Shown: positions 11,551 through 24,920, counted from the first letter of the stretch. The stretch is 64,000 nt of DNA from Marsupella aquatica (GCA_973895155.1 OZ316896.1:15562576-15626575); one strand, 5' to 3'. The notes: generated by a model not told the origin, from the letters alone. A program made the numbers and translations.

Positions 11551-13429
11551 CATCACTGTCACAAATTTAGCCGTTGAAAATTGATTTCTTTGATTACGTC
11601 GCCATCCCTTGTCCACAATGCTTACTTCCCGGGTTGAATTGTTTGCATTCTTCTAGTCTTCAACTAAAGCTCACTCTGAACACAAGTTGACGCCAAATGC
11701 AACCTTTATGTCAAAGAAACAATCGTTGGTCTCCCCCTCACACCATAGCTTTCTTAAATAAAAAAACTACGAATCCTTCATGTGAAGCGATGACTCGTTT
11801 GTTTTGTGTGTTCTTCCCACCGAATCGACAAGAGCTCTTTTGCCAATAGCTAAGTGTTGTCCTCCAGTCTGTCTTGTGGAGATAATGCTCAATGTAACTC
11901 ACAAACAATCAATCATGAATGATAAAAACACGATTTCTGCAATGTGTAAGCAAAAACCGTCAAAAAACTCAATTCCTCCATATTCAACCTTCCGTTGATA
12001 AATCTCCTCTATCTTTTGAGCTTTTTCTTTTGCACGAGCACAGACCAAGACCATCGGGAGACTCAAAATCGTCGATTACCGCCTTGTTGAAAATTGATTT
12101 CACTTCATCAAACACACATTCCTTGGATGAACATGGGGGTCCACAGATTAATTTGCTACGTCGCCTTGAAAGGGTCTCTTGCCACTTCTGCCAGAAAATA
12201 ATAATAAATAAAGTTCAACTTGTAAAAACAAAACCCGTTTCTATTTATGGGACTCTGTTCACAAGAGATATATTTAGTGGACCCCCCAAAATAAAAAGTT
12301 GGATTTATTTTATGAACTCCATAAGTGATCAAACAGTTGATAGATTTTAAATCCATGTACCCAAAATCTCAATCAATCCCCATTCGTCTCATGTGGACCA
12401 TCAAATAACATTTTTCAATTTAAGGGTTTGTTAAATATATCTCTCACCTCCTTTCCCTTGCCAAGAACATGAAGCCCAAATGGACTTCCATGTTGGACAC
12501 AATGCTCCAATGGACCACATTTTAGTAGTTCATGGGAGTTTTGGGTACATGGAATTTTTACTTTTACACCTGCAAGGCAACTAGAAAAGAAGGAGATAGG
12601 AAAAAACACAAACTCTAATGTGACTACTATAATACTCGATCCCACATGTTTCTCATTTTAGTCCACTTACAAAAAGGGAAAAATGCGGGAGCAAGATTCT
12701 GGCCGTAGAATAGATTTCCTTCACCTTTGGATCAAGAAACTATTCTCATTGCAGGCATGCATATGTCTGCACATTAGTATCAAAGTAAGCACACATCTTA
12801 CCATTCAAGATCTGACCATAGGTTGAAAAAAAATATTTCCTTCACCATTCTTGCATCATTTTTTCACCTCGCCCTCTCGAACAATCACACTGACCACAAT
12901 GATAACATTTTTGGAATAAAAGCACCCCAACTGGAATGAGGAGACTTTGTATTGACAAAAATGGCTACACAAATAACAAATTGGAACTACAATAGTTTGT
13001 TGCATTACTTGCTCCTTTATAACATTTCTATGTAATGCATGGCTGAGTATGGTTGCGCCAATGACTATATGGTTGCAACAACCTCATGGTCATGATAACA
13101 AAATCACCTCCAAGTTTTTGTTTTGGCTCATCTTGACATTTTTGTGTCAAGCACAGGTATGTATTGCCACACTAACGAGACATGGCCACCAAGACCACAT
13201 GGTTGTGTTGACTACAACTGACAATAAAATCTGATTTTTTTTTGAAAAATTTGAAAAGCTTTGAATGTGAATAAAAACTTCAAAATACTTGTATTCATTA
13301 AAAAGTACAAACAACACAAAAACACTCCCTCTTATCATTCACCTCCATCCCCTATTTTGGGTCCCTATCCTCTAACCTTTGCTGTCCCCAATAATAAGAG
13401 TTTCATAACAACAACAATGACCAATGATA

Positions 13430-13808
13430 ACTTTTCCTTGCCTTGAGTTACAATTTCTTTGTCTTACCTTGACATGGGCGCCTCACTCCAATATCTTTGT
13501 CTCACCTCAATATTTTTGCCTTGCCTCAACATCTTGTCTTCACCTAACATCTTTGCCTCACCTCAACATCTTCCGTGCCTCACTTTGCCATTGTTTTCTC
13601 ACCTTGACATCTTTCCCTCACCCTTAACATCTTTTCTTTCCTTGACATATTTTGCTCATCTTTACATCATTTTTTCACCTCACTATCTTTTCTATCCTTG
13701 ACATCTTTCCTCACCTCGACTTTGGTTCCTCATCTCGACATCTTTTTCTCTCATCGACATCTTTTTCACCTCAACATCCTTTGTACAATGCATAGGCATC
13801 TTGCTAGT
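13430..13808 (+). mobile_element. Helitron-like 3' end preceded by a pyrimidine-rich minisatellite of about 20-bp units
   Basis: Many 'ctcacct[c/t][a/g]acatcttt' units, then a decayed hairpin 'tgtacaatgcataggc' followed by 'atcttgCTAG|T' (CTAG at 13804-13807). This fits the canonical hairpin plus CTRR terminus. Confidence 0.5.
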
Positions 13809-14149
13809 ATTTCATATTAACAAAGTGAAAAAAATGATTTAACAATATTTGCCTCTCCGCATTCCATGATGAATAACTCAACTAATATGGCCAAAACTTC
13901 ATTGTCACTTTGATGAAAATGTAACTTACCTACTATCTAGCACACAGTCAAAACTAAAAACTATTTGCACTTATGAACATCAAGTTATCACTTTGGTGAA
14001 AATGTAGCTTACCTACTCTCTAGCGCATACTCAGAACTAAAAAATAATTGCGCTTATGAACATCAAGTTATCACAATAAAATTCAAATTTTGGAAAATGT
14101 GGTCCATGGGGAGTTCAAAAGAAAACCTTGTTGTCCATGGGAACATCAT

Positions 14150-15130
14150 TTTCCCTGGCAGGGGAAACAAAAACGAATTTAAACTTGGAAAACTAAAAAC
14201 AATCAAAGTTGTGGTCCTGGGAGCATCATTTCCCTTTGCCCCCGGGAAACAAAAAATGAATTTTAAACTTGGGAAAACTGAAAACAGTCAAAGCTCCGAT
14301 AAATATAGCACGTCCCTTTACTTTACAGCCGGGGGGAAAAAAAAGGAATCTTCAACTTGGAAAAACTGAAAACAATCAAAGCAATACAACCCGTCCCTTT
14401 ACTTACAGCCCGGGGAAACAAAAACGAAATTAAACTTGGAAAACCTGAAAACAATCAAAGCTCCGAGGAATGTAACCCCTCGCTTTACTATACTACTGTA
14501 GTTTACTTAGAGCCAGGGGACACAAAAAACGACTTTTTAAACTTGGAAAAACTGGAAAGCTCCGAGGAATATAACCCGTCCCTTTCCTTACAGCCCGGGG
14601 AAACAAAAAACGAATTTAAACTTGGAAAACCTGAAAACAATCAAAGCTCCGAGGAATCTAATCCCTCGCTTTACTATACTAGTTTACTTAGAGCCCGGGG
14701 AAACTAAAAACGAATTTTAAACTTGGAAAACCTGAAAACAATCAAAGGTCCGAGGAATATAAACCCGTCACTTCACTTACAGCCCTGGGAAACAAAAAAA
14801 CGAATTTAATCTTGGAAAAAACTGAAAACAAGCAAACCTCCGAGGAATATAACCCTTTTCCCTTGCCCAGGAAACAAGCACGAATTGCAACTTGGTAATT
14901 TTTTTTTTTCTTTCTGTTAGGTGTTTATCCTCTTTGAAACTATTTTCTTTTTCCTTTCATTATACTTTGTGTTTATCTCATTGCTTATCCTCTTTGGAAG
15001 TTTTGTTTTCCCCCTTTCATTATACTTTATGTTTCCCTCATTTATAAATTCTGATGCGCTGTTTACTTGGAAAAACTGAAAACAATCAAAGCTCCGAGGA
15101 ATGGAATATAACCCGTCCCTTTACTTACAG
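14150..15130. repeat. Satellite-like tandem array (about 75-95-bp unit, about 9 copies) upstream of the CLASSY-like gene
   Basis: The unit is 'gggaaacaaaaaacgaatt.aaacttggaaaa.ctgaaaacaatcaaagctccgaggaatataacccgtccctttacttacagcc'. A diverged single copy lies at about 10470-10560. Confidence 0.85.
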
Positions 15131-16134
15131 TACTGTAGTTGAGTAGAGAGTAAAGCGTAGGATGACGTTGGAGGATGGAGGGAAGGACAGGAAGAGAGAG
15201 AGTCGCGGGATTTGGAGGGAGAGGAGTGGGTACCTAGCGACGAGCGTGAAGCGGAGGAGCGTCCTAGACAGACCGGGATTCGATTTGGTCTGGTTTGGTT
15301 TTGATTTGATGGGGAAAGACTGCAAACAGCCGTGATTCTGCGCGGAGAGGAAATTGACGGTCGCTCGGTCGTTCTCCGAGAGCGATCGAGCGAGGCTTGG
15401 CACGAGCGCACAATCAATGGCGAACGGCAAAAGAACTCATCTCAGGAAGTGAGGAAGGGTCGAGAAAGATCCCAGCGGAGGAAAAATAATGCGCCATCAA
15501 TGACTGACTCCTCCATCGCGAGGAGTGGCGAGGACTAGACTAGAGTAGGAGTGGTAGTAGTAGTAGTAGTAGTATGAGGAGAGGGAATTCTGTGCGTCAG
15601 GTTCTTGCCAGACTCATTAACAGGAGAGGAGGACGACGAGTGGAATTGGTCGCTGTCTGTTTGCGAACGGGAAGCAGGAGGAGAGAAAATATGCACACAT
15701 TTGGAGTTGTGGGGCGGTAGGGAGGATGTGGAGGATGTGGAGATGAGACCGAGAGTTGTGGTATCGCAGTTTATCTTCCGTTATTGTTTCGCGGTTCTGC
15801 GAGCACTTGAGTTCGGAGAATTTTAGCGGGGCGTGCGTCTTCTTCGGAATGCATTGTAATGATCAATCTGTTTTGTCTGTCGTGGAGGACGACGGGAGGC
15901 TGGAATTTGCAGTGAACCTGAATTTGGCATTGATAGAAGGCTCGCCATGCGAAGTTTGACGTGATTTCGAAGCAGGTAACCCTGGACATTGAGGGTATTG
16001 ATGGCACAGTAGGTAGCTGGCAATCTCATCGCCTGATTCTATGTCATCTTTTCGGGACTGATAAGAGTCAGTCATGGGACTATGTGGTTGGACAGACAGT
16101 TCGCAATTTTGAGGGGAGTGCTTTGCTGTGCTTG

Positions 16135-16530
16135 GATTCTTGTATCCTGGACGGGCATTTGCAAACTCGAGGGTAGTGCTTGGCTTGGATTCTTTTAGTC
16201 GTAGACAAACATTTGCAAACTCGAGGGTAGTGCTTGGCTTGGATTCTTTTAGTCGTAGACAAACATTTGCAAACTCGAGGGTAGTGTTTTGCTTGGATTC
16301 TGTATTTCAAGATTTGTCCTTGTCCTGGAGAAAGTTCAGATAACACAATGAAAATCCCCGGAAGTAGCAGGAACTGCCCATCCTGTCAAGATTTGTCCTT
16401 CCGTTGGAGAAAGCTCAGATTACAAAATCCCCGGAAGTAGCTCGAACTGATCATAATGTCAAGATTTGTCGTTCTCTTGGAGAAAGTTCAGATTACAAAA
16501 TGAAAATCCCCCGAGGTAGCATGAAGTAAT
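16135..16530. repeat. 60-bp tandem repeat x3 followed by a repeat of about 70 bp x3, inside the predicted 5'-UTR intron
   Basis: 'atttgcaaactcgagggtagtg.tt.gcttggattct' occurs at 16157, 16211 and 16265. 'caagatttgtc....tggagaaag.tcagat...aaaatcccc.g..gtagc' occurs three times. Confidence 0.8.
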
Positions 16531-16619
16531 CATCTTGACTTGTTTTATATAATCGCAGGCAATCAAGGCAAAGTGCAGAGTCCCATTCACCATCTGTGTG
16601 CCGTCGATTTGTCTGAAGG

Positions 16620-19600
16620 ATGGCTTTGCAAGGACCCTTGAGCACTATGGAGGGTACGAATGGTAACTATGAGCCAATGAATGAAAGTCTCGGGGGTTCT
16701 CGTGGAACATTTGGATCAGGTATTTAAAAAAAATGGCATCTGCATTATTTTGTCCGTTATTTCTTCCGCTGCTGTTGTTCGTGTTCAAAGCTTGACCCTC
16801 TCCTCTACGCCTTTGGGGATCTTTCAGGTACTTTTTGTGAGGGCCTCGTGGAGCCTCCGATGTCTGATGCTGATTTCAGAAATTGCGCTGCTCTGAAGGG
16901 AATGGAAGACTTGATCATGGCGCTGGAGGAAGTGGGCATAATATGTACTGCCATGATTGAGAGGTTTAAAACACCTGATGGGCCGGGGAGTAGTCAATCT
17001 GCTCTATCGCAGTGTAGCACGGAGAAAACGGGTACGAAGAATTCTCCCCTTGCCACAGGAGCCGACAAATTTATGGAAAACAAGAGGGAGAAGTTTGTTC
17101 CACCTGTAAGCACACAGGATGTTATTGACCTGACTAGTGAAGACAGTTGCGACACAGTAACTTCGAGGAGGCCAGATCAGGAGGCGCCCGAGGATGCTGG
17201 GCAGGTTCTGTCATCACCTGTTGTGGCCAACGATAAGACCCCCGGTGTTATTGAGATTTCTGATGATGAAGAGGAGGTGAATGGGAAACAGGTGAATGAG
17301 AAAGTACGTTTGTGGCCGTCACTCGCCGTCAATGCCGTACCCCAAGCAAAAGTAGATGACAATGCTTCACCTGAAGTGAAAGTAGATGGGAGTGTTGATC
17401 CCTGTCTTAGTTTCTTTGAGGCACAGGAACGGGCACAGAAGGAATGTGACCGGGGAGGCGACCCCGGAGGTGTCAAGAGAGATATAGAGGTAATTCATTT
17501 CGCTGTCTTATGATACGTTATCGATTTAATGAAAGGACATTTCATTTGAGTGCTCATCTGAAGGTCAAGAGGATATTGACTATCGTGCATTGGAGTGTAG
17601 CAACCGATTCTGGCACGAGGAGTAGAAGAAGGTAACAGTGTCAAACGGAGGAAGTTTAATACTAGCGACTATGTACCACACAACGTCAATTACAGACATC
17701 AGCCATTTCCGTGGGTCCAGGAAGCAGATGAACTACTGGTCGCGGTAAGAGCCTCGTTTTGTTGCCCTTGTGTGGGTTTTCATACTCCTACATTTGAGTT
17801 CTGCAAATGATCAGAAAGGACTGGTTTCTAAACTGGTTTGATTTGATTTGGTGTATATAACTAGGCAATGCAGGACCCAATTTCCGTGTCCAGACCGAAG
17901 AGAGGCAGAGGAAGACCGCGAAAAGAAGACTCTACCCGAAAAGCGGATCTTTCCGAGGTTGGATGCAGAGATTTACTGGAAACCTTTACTGACGTCACTC
18001 AAAAGCAACAGGTCGATGTAGCACCGGTATATAGGAATCAGGTTAAGGAAAAGAAGGCAAGAAAAGGAGAAGAAGCAAGGCATATACAATCGGAGAAGAA
18101 AGGTAAGAGGAAAGTGGATATCGAAGACTTACTGGAGGACGAGGATGACGAAGAGGAGGAAGAAAGCGCGAAACCTGAGCTTTCTGACCTCGCTGAACAG
18201 CTCAAACAGCTATCTAAGTTGAATAGGGAAACTATAGATTACGAGCCTTATGTGCGCAGAAAGTACGTGGAAGAAAAGGATGAGATTGAAGACATTTTCA
18301 TGGAAATGAAAACTCATAGGGCAAGTACTTGGGTACGAGTCTTGATCCTTTCTATCGCTTTGTACATCGTGCTCTTAAGCTTCGTTTATTCAATTCCAAT
18401 GACCTGAGCAATTGTTACCACTCTTTCCCTTTGTTTCGACAGCTGTAGAAGGTATAGTCACCCTTGTATTGTATCCTGGACGGTAAAGAAGTTGGGGATG
18501 ACTGAAGTGGGATACTGGGGGATCAATTTGCAGGGACCGTCTGATATAACATCAGAAGCCTGTGGGCAAGATGAGGGGGTTTGCGAGCATAACAACTTCG
18601 ACTTTGAGGACGGTGTGGGATACTACTGCGAGGACTGTGGTACTGAAGGGATTGACATGCCGACAGAAGTATCATCTCAGCAGAACAAGAGTGGCTGCTC
18701 GCACAAAAACTATGAATTTACAGACGAGGCCGGAATATTTTGTCCCGATTGTGGGAAAGTTTTCCAGGATATTCAAAGCTATTACGTTGCTACAGATGTA
18801 AGTGTATCTCTTGTTTCTTGACTGTTGATATAATGGCTTGCTTTGCAGTGGGTAATAGTCGTATTATGGCCGTCTTATTAGTAATGGACTTGACTGGTGG
18901 TTAAACTAGTTCCAAGAATGAGATGAGTTTTAGGTTCCTGCTACATTCGGCGTCATTCGTAATCGCTTGAATCTTGTCACTCACAGGACTACTAACGCCA
19001 TACTCTTTGAACAGATGTCAAAAGCTTTACGAAAGCAGGGGCAAAACTTGCAAGACGCAGCAGATGGACCTCCTAGAGTGCAACTCAACCTGGAGGGCTC
19101 CAGTAACGTTGACGGTATTTGTGGGGCAGATTTCCAGCTGCATCCACGTTTTGAAGAAGAGATGCACCCTCACCAGAAGAAGGGATTTAAGTTTCTCACC
19201 GAACATCTTTTGGGAGGCCAGCAACCTAACAACGAAGCAATGGGATGTGTCTTGGCGCATGCACCAGGGACAGGAAAGACTTGCCTTGTGATAAGCTTCA
19301 TCCAGAGCTTCCTATCCACCTTTTCAAATGGGAAACCACTAATTCTGGCACCAAAGATCATGTTGCAGGCTTGGGTGAAACAGTTTCGTGAGTGGCAGGT
19401 TCAGGAGGTGCCAATTTACATAATTGGTGCGTCTACTTCTGGCAATTTTCGTGGCGATGGAGGATTGGAGGACGAGGATGATGATGATGATGACGCAAGG
19501 CTGGCTCCTCAGACAAAGAATACTTGGAAAGAGGATCGAGCCATAAAACTGCGAGAATGGCAAGCATCAAGGGGTGTTTTGTTAATGAGTTATAAATTGT

Positions 19601-21760
19601 TCACAAACTTGGTTATGAATGGTCTAGGGGAAAATGTTCTCCCCGAATCCCTCGACTTTCAGATGTCTAAAGTCCTGTTGGAAGCTACTAACTTGGTGAT
19701 CTTAGATGAAGGGCACACTGCTCGTAATGATAATGCACAGATCACCAAGGCTCTTCATGCCATGAAAACGAAACGCAAAGTGGTTCTGTCAGGTACGTCT
19801 TCTGAGCTTCAGCCGGTCAAGTCTATCTGCTGGCTGGGGGAATATATCTTCCCATTCGGACCTTTTCCTGAATTTCAGGGTGTTCGTGATATCCGGCAGA
19901 GTAAGTATCCACGAGAGTATGCATTGTCGCATATATGAGTCGACTCTTGAAGACAACGTTAGGAGAGTGAGGGTTATGAATCACTTGTAGGGGGGTATAT
20001 CAGGATGTCCATCGTCTTCTTTGTTCGATCTTTCTGCATCAGTACAGTTTATTAAGAATTGCTGATGAAGCCTTTGAAACTTCAGAGATCGGAATCCTCT
20101 GAGGACTGTCGTTGACAGCAGGTTCACTTTGTACAGCCGTGCAGCAAGTTTTGAGTGTGATAGCAGTCCTTAGCAGACTGTGATAAGCTTTTGAAGGTTC
20201 ACATCGCCTTTTAGTCGCTCTGTTTTAGGCAAAATAGAAGTGGCGATACGGGGTCTGAGTGGGGACGTTCTGCAAACATTGCCTTTTGCATGAAAACTTC
20301 GTGCACAGAAAATCATCACTAAATGCTCTTCGGAGCATGCACAGAATGGTTGAATGTTAATTAGGACCCTGTTCTATTTGTACTAATGCCGCAATAGCAA
20401 TACGCTCTCTTTTTCTTTAGATTGAGTCATGCCTCCACATCTGCTGTGATTCATTTTTAAATCTTCTTGTTGTTTGAGACTTCTCTCCTGGCAAATTCAA
20501 TCCTCAGGCAACTGATCCCAGAGTTTTCCGTTCTCCAATATTTTCTGGTTGTTGACATTTGATTTGCACCTACTTCCAGGTACTTTGTTTCATAACACAT
20601 TCAAGGAGCTGTATACTGTCCTGAAGCTTTGCCGAGATGATTTTATGATATCTCATCCTCTGTATGGAAAGAGGATCGCCGAGCTTGCAGGCTTGGAAAG
20701 GCGTAGCAATGGCTTGACTAGTCCAAGGAGGAAGACGGACAAGAAGGAACTCATGCAGATAGAGCAGAAAATCTTCACAGATGAGATTGGTGAAAAACTG
20801 GAGCGGTACGTGAAGGATGATTCGGACTTTGACGAGATTCAACCAGTTGTGCAGAAGCTTCAGTCGCTGACCAAGTTTGTGGATTGGTATCCAGGGTTGA
20901 TATTGAAAAGCCTCCCTGGTCTTTATGAGTACTCTGTATACTTGAATCTGACAGATTTTCAGATGGACATAATCAATCGAATTCCTAGGAAGGTTAACTA
21001 TATGACCAGACAGTGCCACATCTTATCCGCTTGCATACATCCGTCTCTGGTGAGTGTACCGACTGAACCTTCCTCAGAGGTGAGGGTTGGACCTTTCTCA
21101 GACGTAAAGGTTGGAGCGTCTTCCATCGACAAGGAGGCTTACAAAGGTGTGAAGATCGCTTTCTTGCTGCGATTGATGACACTTTGCATGGGGAAGGAGA
21201 AGCTTCTGGTTTTTTGCGCCACTCTTGAACCATTAAAATACGTTGAGGAATTGTTCTGTAAGGTTTTTGAGTGGCAATTTGGCAAGCAAATATTGCGTCT
21301 GGATGGGACGATGCCAGACTTGGACAGGCAGAGAGTTATAGCGGAATTCAATGACGAGGGCTCCCCGAGCCAGGTTCTACTTGCGTCGACAAAAGCGTGT
21401 AAGGAGGGCATCACCCTGGTAGGAGCTTCCAGAGTAGTCGTTTTAGATTGTCCAGACAATCCATCAGTTGTCCGACAGGCTGTTAGTCGGGCATTTCGGA
21501 TAGGTCAGAAGAAGAAGGTCTATGTCTATAGACTGGTATCTAATAACCCCGAGGAGACGGCCATCTTCAGGAGGTCTGTAAACAAGGAACAACTCTCGCT
21601 GGTTTTGTCGGATCCAGCTTCCTCAATCGGAAGGCTGGGAATTTTCTTACAGAAGCAGGCTCCAGCAGAAGTAGAAGACCAGGTTCTAAAAAAGATGATC
21701 ACTGAGAGAGGTATGGCAAGGAACATCAATCAAGTCAGTAGATATAATGCCATAAGATGA
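16620..21760 (+). CDS. CLSY: SNF2-family chromatin remodeller of the DRD1/CLASSY (RdDM) subfamily, about 1198 aa
   Basis: Exons predicted from GT-AG sites with consistent phases: 16620-16719, 16828-17489, 17601-17744, 17865-18332, 18534-18797, 19015-19792, 20580-21760 (3597 nt). Motifs include HPHQKKGFKFL, Walker A HAPGTGKT, LDEGHTARN, spliced LSG|TLFHN, ASTKACKEGITLVGASRVVVLD and RQAVSRAFRIGQKKKVYVYRLV, plus the CxH...CxxCG motif typical of DRD1/CLSY. Exact orthology (CLSY versus DRD1) is not resolved. Confidence 0.9.
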
Positions 21761-24700
21761 AGAGAATCATGGAGGACGTAGAGGCATCTTCAGGAGTCCA
21801 TTTTTTACAGGACTTCCACATCATACCATTTTTCAGATGTAAACTACTGTATCATATGGAATTTGCTTAGGCTGTGTCAAGACTCCCACGTTTGGAAAGG
21901 CCATAAAGCTTTGCAAATTGCAGGCTCTGTAAATTTTTGAAGCGATAGTGAATATGCACTTCATTGAGAAATTTTGAGAACTGTGAAATTTTTGCGCTCT
22001 GTCTAAATATCCGACTTCAGGTTATGGATTAGATCCAAAGTTGGCAAACTTGGCCTTCTTGGTCAGCCACAGTTCATTCTCACTTGCAAACCGTTTAATT
22101 TTATGTGAAGTCCAACGGACTATATTGCATAACTTTGACTAATAATTAGATGCCACGTCGTTTACCTTGAAAGTCCTTCAGCTGAAGGTACAATTCGTCT
22201 GAATGAATTGCCCTACGGATGTATTTTTGAGATTTTCTCAATTCATTCCTGTGAACGAATTGGCCTGCAACTCATCATGACTTTCGGCCAAATCTAATCA
22301 TTCTCATTAGATCATGGAAGATGTGACAGTTTACTTAGTTCTGTCGAAATTATTAAGAAAGATGCACCTTATATGCTTCTGTAAAAAATAATATTAAGAA
22401 AGATATATTATGTGAACATTGTAATATGGTTTCTTCATGAAATGTTAGTTTGGCAGAAAGTCTCCTTTGCTCCTAACTAGGAGATGGACAAGGTGCCACA
22501 CCTGTTTCACACCCAACCTCAGTCTCCTTTGCTCTTAGATTATGATGACATTTTTTTCCTAACTATCAGATGGACAAGGTGCCACTGTGCACTTGTTTCA
22601 CACCCAACCTGTGGCTCGCCCGTAGCTAGTAGGTTCTTTGAAATTGAAGATGACTGACTCATCGACTTTCTGCAATGTTTGATTGCTATCATCTCACCTA
22701 TAGTACTCCCCCCTAGCTTGCAGATTCTTTGGAAGGTTCTTTGAAATCCAAGTTGCTAGATCCACTGTAGCTCGCACTCTCTTAGAAATCTAGTTGCCAG
22801 ATTGAGTCATAGACATACTCTAGTGTCAAATTTTTATATCTCACTTATGCTCGACATCACTTGCTCTCAACAAATAGTCTAGTATTGTCATATTGTGTAA
22901 GGCACGAGGCTACTTCTGCCAAAAACATTAATAGAGATATATTCTGCCTTCGCAACTTGGTAGCGGTATAAAACGAAATGGTCCCGTCTTGCACAGTCAG
23001 CTTTCCGCTCTGCAGTTGAATGGCGCCACGGTAGTTGTAGCGGTTGCGCGGCTGCCTTTACAGAGTTTGTAGTCGAAGATGACAGGACCACAGTGCAGTT
23101 GTGCGGTTCTTTTTCTAAAAGTTTGGTACTGGAAGATGGCAATATGAGTCTGATCTACAAGCTTTAGATTTGCTTGTTTTCCCTTCTTTTGAATCCTCGA
23201 GGAAAGCAGCAATTATTATCTCCAGATAAGATTCAAGAGCAGTTTGATCGTAGGGACTGCAGCTAAGGTTACCATCGTAAGTGCAGGAAGAGACTACCTG
23301 GTTTCCACGAACGCATCTGCGCAATGATCACGAGAATGATCAATGTTTTGACCTGCTGTCTGCCTGTAGGTTTCCTGTTGGAGATCTAGGTATCAGCAAA
23401 ATTCAATTTACTTGTCCAACGTCATCGTCGACAAGTTCAATCTCAGAAATCATTTGTCTTTGTTAACTGTATAACATTTCGTAACAGCACACCGACAATT
23501 GCTCGTTGAGAACGTACTACGAACCAGATTACATTTGCTGGGATCTTAATTCACCATTGTTTCTACGAATGACATTTTTTTCAAGCCATGAGTTCATTTT
23601 CTGAAAAGCATACCTGCCCCTGTGTTACCTTTCTGTGGTTTGAAACCATGGTAAGCTTGAAATTCAAAATTGTTTTTGCACAGAAGCGACCAATGGATCT
23701 CAATGTGACTCGTGATAAATGACCGCTCAAAGTGTTCTGGTTGTCTTGGGCCACGAGTGGAAACACAATTGGCAAAATAAGCACCTTCCCCAACAATATT
23801 AAGTCCAATATATTGTGCTGAAGAGCTAACAAGTAAGTACCTTCCCAAATAAAATTAAGTCCAATGGAAAATGATTGTGCTGAAGAGCTAACAAGTAAGT
23901 AGCTTACCGAAGCTAATCTGGTCTTTAGAATGTCGGATGCAGAAGCATCAAAGTATGTGAAATAAGTACAGTTCAAGTGAATCTAATGGTTGCTTGAAAG
24001 CAGTGCATCAAAACATGTGACATTTTGATGCACTACACTTGAAGTAGATGTAAAGGTTGGTTGAACCTGAGTAAAGTGCTACAGTATATCTGAAAGCAAA
24101 CTTGTAGTGCTCTACAGGGACCAGGGCAAAAGACGTGCCCTACAAATACACTTTGAAGTGATTGTTTTCTAATCATCTAAACACATTCTGCACCTTTGTT
24201 GAAGCTACTGAATTTTGCAATTGACTATCTCTATTCTGATTGATGCGGAAAATAGCAGCACTGTAGGACTAGTACAGTAACTCTTTAGGTAACTTAGTGT
24301 ATTTTTTAGCAACTTTACGGAGCTAAATATAATGCCCATATTGTATATCAGAGTTATTCAAGTATTTGTAATTTTCTTGATTTTTGAATAACCTAATTTA
24401 CTTTATAAAGGTATATAATAAAGAATGTTTGCCCCTTTTGTGTTTTAAACACCTTATTAATTTGGCGTTCTACACTTCATAATTTAACTTTAGTCTAACT
24501 AGTTTCAAAATAACTATTTTGAATTGCATTTGGTCTCTATGGTTTTTGTAGTTGACCACCTCATGGTAACAAAGGGCCCCGGCGAAGGCCTTTAGTGTTG
24601 AGTAAAACAACCATACTCATAAGATATCACACACATATGAAACATCCATCAAGTAGGCAACACAGGAGATATGTTCACCTGACCAGAGACTACATTCATG

Positions 24701-24767
24701 AGAACACACAAGAGAGTTTTATTGAACTCTAATTCATTGGCTAGACCCAGTCTCCACAAAGTAATTT

Positions 24768-24920
24768 TTTTTCTTATTTTCCAGTTGGTTCCTATAACAA
24801 TGAGTCTAAATTACACACACTTATTAACTAAGTAGAGTCTCCACAAAGTATTTTTTTTCTTATTTTCCACTTGGTTCCTATAACAATGAGTGTAAGTTCC
24901 ACCCACTAATTAACTAAGTA
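24768..24920. repeat. Direct tandem duplication, about 87-bp unit
   Basis: 'agtctccacaaagta.tttttttcttattttcca.ttggttcctataacaatgagt' occurs at about 24749 and 24836. Confidence 0.7.

Noticed and set aside
14097-14707. ORFs of 90 and 116 aa with repeated KLGKPENNQSSEE
   Set aside because: They are translations of the tandem satellite, with no coding evidence.
14150-15130. Repeat array superficially like a CRISPR array
   Set aside because: The units are contiguous and degenerate with no unique spacers, there are no cas genes, and the context is eukaryotic.
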